The notes under the pieces are model-generated. The model was not told where the DNA came from. It saw only the letters and a program-made list of their open reading frames with translations, and did no database searches. Positions 57,441 to 64,000 of a DNA stretch of 64,000 nucleotides are shown here, piece by piece. Position 1 is the stretch's first letter, and each line of letters opens with the position of its first letter. Origin of the DNA: a candidate division WOR-3 bacterium. GTDB taxonomy: Bacteria > Hydrothermota > UBA3073. The stretch lies in assembly GCA_030606335.1 (NCBI GenBank), contig JAUWGP010000003.1:26065-90064 (forward strand), read 5' to 3'. Both the position numbers and the translations under genes were made by a program.

Positions 57441-58839
57441 TATTACCTAAAACAACCCTTATATCCTCTTTTGTTATCCCCTTCATAATATAGAGTAAAA
57501 ATGTATATATAACTGCACCAATAAACACAAGCAGAATAACATTTAACGACCTCAAGAAGTAAAGAATGGCACACATTATTGCTGAAGCAAAAATCGGCTT
57601 TCCAAAAAATGTAAACAACCTAAACTTCACTACTCTATGAAAAACACGATACATAAGGTAGAACATAATTAACTCAGCACATATAGTTGCTAAAGCCGCT
57701 CCTATTATACCAAGTCTTGGTATCATAATCACATTCAGAATTATATTCGACACAGTGCCTGTCACCATTGCTACTGCATATCTCTTCTCCTGTCCTGTGC
57801 CAATTAACCCCTGTGTGTATATACTTCCTATCGTAGTAATTGCCAGGGTCCATATAAGTATCTGGAGGACTGGAGTTGAGGATGTGTAACCTTGTCCAAA
57901 TATAAACCTTATGATGGGCATTGCAAGCAAGGTCCCTCCGGCACATATTGGAATAACTACAGTTATAACTGCCCTGGCAGCCATAGAGAGTATCTCCTCA
58001 AGTTTCTTAATCGATTCCTTATAATATCTCGAAATAAGGGGAAGTATAACCATTGAAAAAACCCTATCCACAAGTAGAAGAAACATTAGAAGTTTATAGG
58101 CAACAGTATAAAGACCAACATCCGTTGTGCCTCTTATAAATCCAAGCATAGTAATATCGAAGTTAAAATATATCTGAGTCATCACAGTTCCTATTCCTAT
58201 AGGTAGGGCATGTTTCAATATTTCCCAGGTTCTGATTTCCAATCTCGGACCAACGACCTTCAGCTCACTTCTTCTTCGCACCATTAAACCGAGATATAGA
58301 GCCGCCACTGCACTTCCAGTAAACCAGAGAATCGGTACAAGATATATATTACCCGTACTTCTGACAAATAAAAGCACCAGAAATAGATACGAACCATATG
58401 ACATTATCATTGATGTACCTATGTTTCTCATCTCCTCGATTCCTCGGAAAAACCACTCAAGGGATAATGCGTATGGAAAGACAGAAAGGCAATAGAGGAT
58501 TATAAGCAGCCTCATATCCATCATGCCTTTGATAAGGAAGGTTAATATTGTAATAATTGTAAAGGCGGTTGCTGCAAGTAAAAATTTTAAGGGAATTATT
58601 TTAGTTATGTAGTCTTTTGAAAGGAGGGGTGCCTTTGCAATCTCTCTTGTGCCAATAGTTGATAAACCGAGGTCAGTAAAAATGAGTGCATAACCGAGGA
58701 ATGTGAAGGCAAAACTTAATGCGCCAAATCCTGCGACTCCCAGCACTCTCGCAAGCCAGATTGTAGCAAAAAAACCCAGGAGACGAGATAAAACATCTCC
58801 AGAGAATACAAATAGAATGTTCTTTGCAATTCTTCTCAC
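57433..58839 (-). CDS. MOP-superfamily polysaccharide/oligosaccharide flippase (Wzx-like)
   Basis: About 12-14 TM helices; N-terminus KNILFVFSGDVLSRLLGFFATIWLARVLGVAGFGALSFAF is the Polysacc_synt pattern. Confidence 0.75.
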   Translation of the reverse strand: MRRIAKNILFVFSGDVLSRLLGFFATIWLARVLGVAGFGALSFAFTFLGYALIFTDLGLSTIGTREIAKAPLLSKDYITKIIPLKFLLAATAFTIITILTFLIKGMMDMRLLIILYCLSVFPYALSLEWFFRGIEEMRNIGTSMIMSYGSYLFLVLLFVRSTGNIYLVPILWFTGSAVAALYLGLMVRRRSELKVVGPRLEIRTWEILKHALPIGIGTVMTQIYFNFDITMLGFIRGTTDVGLYTVAYKLLMFLLLVDRVFSMVILPLISRYYKESIKKLEEILSMAARAVITVVIPICAGGTLLAMPIIRFIFGQGYTSSTPVLQILIWTLAITTIGSIYTQGLIGTGQEKRYAVAMVTGTVSNIILNVIMIPRLGIIGAALATICAELIMFYLMYRVFHRVVKFRLFTFFGKPIFASAIMCAILYFLRSLNVILLVFIGAVIYTFLLYIMKGITKEDIRVVLGNKE

Positions 58840-58843
58840 AGTT

Positions 58844-59740
58844 TTAATCTATATCCTCAAGCTTCTCAACATTCGTTATCTCTACATCTGGTAGGGTTCT
58901 TTTTATCAATCCTTTCAATACCTTGCCAGGACCCACCTCTACAAACCGACTCACACCGTATTCTTTCATCGCCGTAACACATTCTACCCATCTCACAGGT
59001 GAGACTATCTGTTTCTTGAGTGCATCTTCTATCTGATTTACATCTCTGGTTAATGCTCCGGTCACGTTCAAGGCAACAGGAATATTGGGTGTGTTAAATT
59101 TGAATTTGGTCAAAACCTTACCGAATTTTTCAAAGGCAGACTGCATAAGAGGAGAATGAAATGCACCTGAAACCTGCAGCTTGATAACTCTTTTTGCACC
59201 TGCCTTCAAAGCCCTGGCAGAAGCAATCTCAACTGCCTTCTCATTTCCCGATATCACAGTTTGTGCAGGTGAATTGTAATTCGCAATAATAACATTATCG
59301 ATCTCATCTATTATTTCCTTTACCGCAGTCGTATTAAGTCCAATAATTGCACACATAGCACCAGGACTCTTCTTTCCAGCCTCTGACATAAGTTCTCCCC
59401 TGAATCTAACAATATGTAGTACATCATCAAATGAGAATACACCAGCAGCATAAAGCGCAGAATATTCTCCAAGTGAGTGTCCAGCAAAACAGTCCGGATT
59501 TAAACCCTTTTCTTTGAGTAACTCAAAACATATAATGGAATTCATAAGTATGGCAACCTGGGCATTTTTGGATTCTTTTAGAATATCTTCAGGTCCACTA
59601 AAAAGTATGTCTTTTATGTCAAAACCGAGAACCTTCTTAGAACTCTCAAAGAAATATTTTGCCTTTTCACTACCATCGTACAGGTCTTTTGCCATACCAA
59701 CATACTGTGAACCCTGTCCCGGAAAGACAAATCCAATCAT
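58844..59740 (-). CDS. fabD: malonyl-CoA:ACP transacylase
   Basis: FPGQGSQYVGM, GHSLGEYSALYAAG active-site motif. Confidence 0.9.
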   Translation of the reverse strand: MIGFVFPGQGSQYVGMAKDLYDGSEKAKYFFESSKKVLGFDIKDILFSGPEDILKESKNAQVAILMNSIICFELLKEKGLNPDCFAGHSLGEYSALYAAGVFSFDDVLHIVRFRGELMSEAGKKSPGAMCAIIGLNTTAVKEIIDEIDNVIIANYNSPAQTVISGNEKAVEIASARALKAGAKRVIKLQVSGAFHSPLMQSAFEKFGKVLTKFKFNTPNIPVALNVTGALTRDVNQIEDALKKQIVSPVRWVECVTAMKEYGVSRFVEVGPGKVLKGLIKRTLPDVEITNVEKLEDID

Positions 59741-59754
59741 AAATCCTCCTTAAC

Positions 59755-60010
59755 TCTTAAACGCAGATTACGCAGATATTTACTCTTAAACGCAGATTGC
59801 ACGGATTACACAGATTTCCACAGACTAAAATAATCTCAAATTATGTGTTAAGAAACCATTCACCCCGTGAAATAATTTATTTCACAGGGCAGGGATTATC
59901 ACAAGATACAAATCATTAAGTTATTTCCAAGCTTGTTCTTTAATTACTTAATTACCCAATAACCCAATTACCTTTTTTGATATAATCAGTAAAATCCGTG
60001 AAATCTGTGG
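59755..60010. repeat. CGCAGATT/CACAGATT-type repeat block with inverted ends (MITE-like)
   Basis: ctcttaaacgcagattacgcagat / ctcttaaacgcagattgcacggattacacagatttccacag at the left end; inverted aatccgtgaaatctgtggc at 59990-60010. A related tagccacagattacacagatt sits at 56990. Confidence 0.45.
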
Positions 60011-60030
60011 CTTAAGCTAATCCGTGGTCC

Positions 60031-60753
60031 CTACAATCGAAATCGCTCTCCTAAGTATATCCTTCTTGCTTCTTCATTATTTATCAGTTCTTCTGTTTTT
60101 CCAGATAGAAGTACTTTGCCATCATATATTACATAGGCACTGTCAGTTATCTCCAGTGTCTCTCTTACATTGTGGTCCGTTATAAGAATACCTATCCCCA
60201 TTTCCCTAAGGTTCATTATAATATCCTGTAAATCACTCCTTGAAATTGGGTCAATACCTGTAAAAGGCTCGTCAAGAAGCAAAAAGACGGGTTTTGTAGC
60301 AAGTGCTCTTGCAATCTCGACCTTCCGCCTCTCTCCTCCAGATAATATAGATGCCCTACTCTTTCTTACTTTGTTCAGATTGAATTTATTTATAAGTTCG
60401 TCAGTCCTTTTTTTTCGCTCTTCCTTTGGCTCTCTCATTATCTCCAGTATAGCAAGTATATTCTCCTCTACAGTGAGTTTGCGGAATACAGAAGCCTCTT
60501 GAGGAAGATAACTAATACCTCTTCTTGCCCTTAAGTGCATCGGCAATCTCGTGACATCCTCTTCATCAATATATATCCTACCACTTTCCGGGGTAAGAAG
60601 TCCTACAATCATATAGAAGGTGGTGGTTTTGCCTGCTCCATTTGGACCAAGAAGGCCGACAACCTCACCATTTTTTACCTCTATAGTGACCTCGTTAACT
60701 ACTTTCCTCCTGCTATAAACCTTTACAAGTTTTTCTGCTCTGAGTACAGCCAT
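60031..60753 (-). CDS. lptB: LPS-export ABC transporter ATP-binding protein LptB
   Basis: Walker [13 protein letters not shown] signature [15 protein letters not shown], Walker B LLLDEP; about 240 aa. Confidence 0.85.
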   Translation of the reverse strand: MAVLRAEKLVKVYSRRKVVNEVTIEVKNGEVVGLLGPNGAGKTTTFYMIVGLLTPESGRIYIDEEDVTRLPMHLRARRGISYLPQEASVFRKLTVEENILAILEIMREPKEERKKRTDELINKFNLNKVRKSRASILSGGERRKVEIARALATKPVFLLLDEPFTGIDPISRSDLQDIIMNLREMGIGILITDHNVRETLEITDSAYVIYDGKVLLSGKTEELINNEEARRIYLGERFRL

Positions 60754-61246
60754 ATATAATAATTAAAGTTATTAATAACATCCAGTAGTATTATACATTA
60801 TATACAAACAAAAGTCAAGCAAAAAATTGGACGTCCCGCCTTTGGCGGGATCCCGAAGAAAGCGGGACAGATTCACCCTGTTAAATAACTACAATGGTAA
60901 ATGTTAAAAATCACTAATAGCTGGATATTTAACACGGTAACCGCTGATTACTCCTAATTTCTTTATTTTTGTAATTGAAAAACATTTGATACCAAAAAAA
61001 TGCTTATACTAAGCTGTATCCTCGTTTCATGTTTATCATCTTTATTCCTTTTACCCCGCCAAAGGTGGGGAAACGAAGCTTCCCAGAATTCGTATCCATA
61101 CGACCCTACGGCTCGTTCACAGAATCCGTATGGATGTGAGATCCTTACAATCTACCTAAAAAACATCATAGTAATTAGATTTGTATAATACTATTTTTAA
61201 CCAGTTAGTGTAAAAATTTTATAAATACCAATTCCTTTTGAAATCC

Positions 61247-61310
61247 GTTGAATAAATGTAATCTGCTCAATCCGTTGAATCCGTTGAATAAATATAATCT
61301 GCTCAATCCC
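61247..61310. repeat. 2.x tandem copies of a 30-nt unit (aatccgttgaataaatRtaatctgctcaatcc)
   Basis: Direct visual repeat in the 1.29-kb non-coding gap. Confidence 0.5.
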
Positions 61311-61469
61311 TGCCTACCGGCAGGCAGGCGTTGACCTGATTTTTTATAATTTTGTGAACGTATAAGCTACATTCACAGATAGAAACCTGGAAACCTTTTC
61401 CCACAATCATTCAATATTTGCTATTCACTATTTACTACTAAATATTTACTATTTAATATCATTTTTTCC

Positions 61470-61498
61470 TTGACAAATTGGTATTTTTTGATTATAAT
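61470..61498 (+). promoter_or_regulatory. consensus sigma70 promoter (TTGACA-N17-TATAAT)
   Basis: ccttgacaaattggtattttttgattataat; same architecture as the 35530 promoter. Confidence 0.5.
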
Positions 61499-62040
61499 AT
61501 ATATAAAGAGTTTTTGTAAAAATTTTTCTTCAATCTACTAAAAATATATAGGGGGTGAGGATTTATGAGGTGAGATGATTGGAGATTATTTATACCTGGT
61601 ATTTCCATGGTTTTTTGACCACTGACTACGCAATCTGAGTAAAAATCACTATAAAATAGATAAAATTACTGTTATATTTCCCATTCTTACCAAAAGAATC
61701 ATTATAGTACTTCCTCGTTAAGGATTGAAAAATTCACTCACCTTTGATCTTACAAACTAACTATAAATTTCAAGCAGCTTAAATCTCCTACCACATTTTT
61801 CTAAAATCTTCTACTATACTCAAAAAAATTCTTTACTCTATAGAAGTTTGGTTCGTATATTTTCTATTACTTACACGCAAAAAGTAATGAATTAGAAAAA
61901 AGTAAAGAGCTCTTATAAAAAATTATAGAGGATCACTATAATATAGGGAGTAAAGTTTCACAAAAAAAGAGTTTAAGCTATCTTCTATTGTATTCAAATT
62001 AGGAAAATTTACAATACAAGCTCTTTGAAAAGGAGGACAA

Positions 62041-64000
62041 GATGAAGAGTGTAAAGATATTTCTTGTAATGCTACTCGTAGGTACTATTACAAGTGGCAT
62101 ATACGCAAGACCGGTTGAAGTGTACCTCCTGCCGTCCAGTCCTGGTGAACCAAGTAAAATGATATCGCCTGATAAGCCCTCAGGCGAGTGGCTAATACAG
62201 TATGACGGCGGAGAAGGTATTTGGTATCTCATAGGACTCTTTCCCGGCGATACACTGGGTGTTTTTTTTACACCACCTGCAGCCTGTTCTCTTGTTGAGG
62301 TGCACTTCTGCAAAAAGAGATGGGGTGACGAAAGTGGTCCAACTCAATACTATGGTATTGCTGCTTATGTACCAGGAGGTGTAACACTTGATGATTATGA
62401 TGAATATCACTCCGATGCATCTATGCCTGGTCCAAGCTGCATTGGTACTATTCTTGCTGGACCCACTGCATTGGATATTAATGCTTTTGATGAGTTCGAG
62501 TGGGACACCCTTGATGTGCCTGGTAATCCTGATATAGGCACGAACAACTTCTGGGCTGGAACGACAATAGAGGATACAACGCATTCAACGAGAATAGATG
62601 CAACTGTGGACCCTCCACATCGTGCGATATGCTATAAGCAGGGAGGTACCGGACCAGAGACTAACGGTCCCGGTTGGTACTCCTCATGGCACCTCTTCTG
62701 GGTGAGGGCACTTGTTAGGGTATATGAGAACATCCCTCCTATTGTTGATGCTGATGCGTTGCTGGGAACATATGACACAAGTGACAGAACTGTGTATATC
62801 TACACAGAGGACTTTGGTCCAGTAGCTCCAGGAATTGATGAAATATACCTGTATTATTACTTAGAAGGGAAAACTGATACTCTTGCAGCTATTATGGTTC
62901 AGGATTCAGTCCTCACAGAAGGTAGTTTTGAATATGCATGGTGGCATGCAGATATACCCGGACAGTCGGCTGGATCAGTTGTACATTATTGGGTCGAATG
63001 TACTGATAATGAAGGTGCCGACGGCTCATCAGGCGAATTCTCCTATGGTGTAGGCGCAGGTACATCTGGATATGGTCTTTTATACGTGGAAAGTGATGAT
63101 GTATATGGAGATGTGGGTGTGCACGATGCATTTGGTGCTTTTTTATGGGATGTATGGTACGAATCGACCAATGGCGTCGCTGACAATACCGTAACAGACT
63201 TCTATATCAGTGGGGCTGGTGTAAAGGCGGTTTCATGGCTCAGTTTTTCAAGCTATAGTTTTGCCAACTGGTCCTTCACTCAGGCATTTAGTGACTTCAT
63301 GGATAATGGAGGATGTGTATTTATTTCCTCAGAAGATGTGGTTGGTAGTGGCTATGGTTTAGGATATGGAGGGTGGTCAGCACCATCACCACACCCACTC
63401 AGGGACTATCTAAAGGCCTATACAGGCACCGATGATTACATCACCACATCACCATTCACATTGTATGTTGAAAATACTGATTTCCTGACAGCGGGTATGC
63501 AAGATGAGCTGACAGTTGACTGTGATTCTATTGGACCCGGCACCTGGGTTGGTATATTCACAGACATTGATGCCAACTGCGTTCCTCTGTTTTATGACGG
63601 TGAAGGCAACATCCTGGGATATAGGTATGAGTCATCTAAGGGTTTTAAGGTTGTGTTTCTTTATTTTCCGTTTCATGGTATAACCTCTACAGACGACCAG
63701 GATGAATTTATATCTAACATCACTGGCTGGTTTGGTGTCGGAGCAGACATCACTGTATCTCCCGATTCTTTATACATTATAACACCCATAATAGTTACTG
63801 ATTCTTTCTGGATTGGAAATTTGGGTTCTGTTTCGCTTTCTGTAGACTCTATAACCCATGCTGCTACATGGATTACTGATATCTCACCAACAAACTTCAC
63901 AGTTGACTCAGGGGATTCTACTCCTGTGTATATAACGATGGATCCAGACTCCTTTGTATTGGGCGTTTTTGTAGGTAAAGATACACTCTGGATATGGTCT
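62041..64000 (+). CDS. large secreted protein, N-terminal about 650 aa (3' end lies outside the window)
   Basis: AAGGAGG Shine-Dalgarno at 62030-62036. Signal peptide MKSVKIFLVMLLVGTITSGIYA. Frame 1 appears open to the window end by my manual translation, and no long ORF exists on either strand here in the supplied track. No motif recognised. Confidence 0.5.

Overview
This is an AT-rich window (roughly 35-40% GC by eye) from a bacterial chromosome, mostly coding. Three large secreted proteins end in Bacteroidetes-type T9SS C-terminal sorting domains (YPNPF...KxxVxR tails), so the host probably belongs to the FCB group or an allied candidate phylum. GTG and TTG starts occur. Housekeeping content is clear: a dxs 3' end, a comEA-like gene, cdd, a bactofilin, a DhnA-type aldolase, a Nif3-family protein, uvrB, an sppA fusion, GTP-dependent PEPCK, a short-form thiC, malic enzyme, the rimP-nusA-infB-rbfA operon, an M16 peptidase, fabD and lptB. 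Two regions look accessory. The first (10.7-21.9 kb) is an atypical Type I restriction-modification island ordered hsdR, radC-like, DUF4062/AlbA_2/HATPase_c_4 protein, hsdS N-terminal remnant, unknown 227 aa, hsdS, unknown 355 aa, hsdM, an ATPase pseudogene remnant and fic. Arrays of an ATGTCAC motif in inverted orientation bracket about 6.2 kb of it. The second (43.7-58.8 kb) is a minus-strand glycosylation-type locus. It holds three GT-C membrane glycosyltransferases (two of them a recent tandem duplicate), a GT4 enzyme, a T9SS-sorted C25 gingipain-like peptidase with FG-GAP repeats, a radical-SAM/SPASM enzyme, a geranylgeranyl-reductase-like flavoprotein, a SAM methyltransferase, a Wzx-like flippase and fabD. 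The intergenic space is dense with small dispersed repeats. These include a MITE-like element with CCACAGAGAACACAGAGAA terminal inverted repeats (3 copies), a roughly 170 bp MITE pair flanking a transglutaminase-like gene, a 'tgtcattgcgag...ggcaatctcat' composite repeat (3-4 copies) and hairpin repeats showing stem covariation. Several near-consensus TTGACA-N17-TATAAT promoters are present. No rRNA, tRNA or CRISPR array was found.
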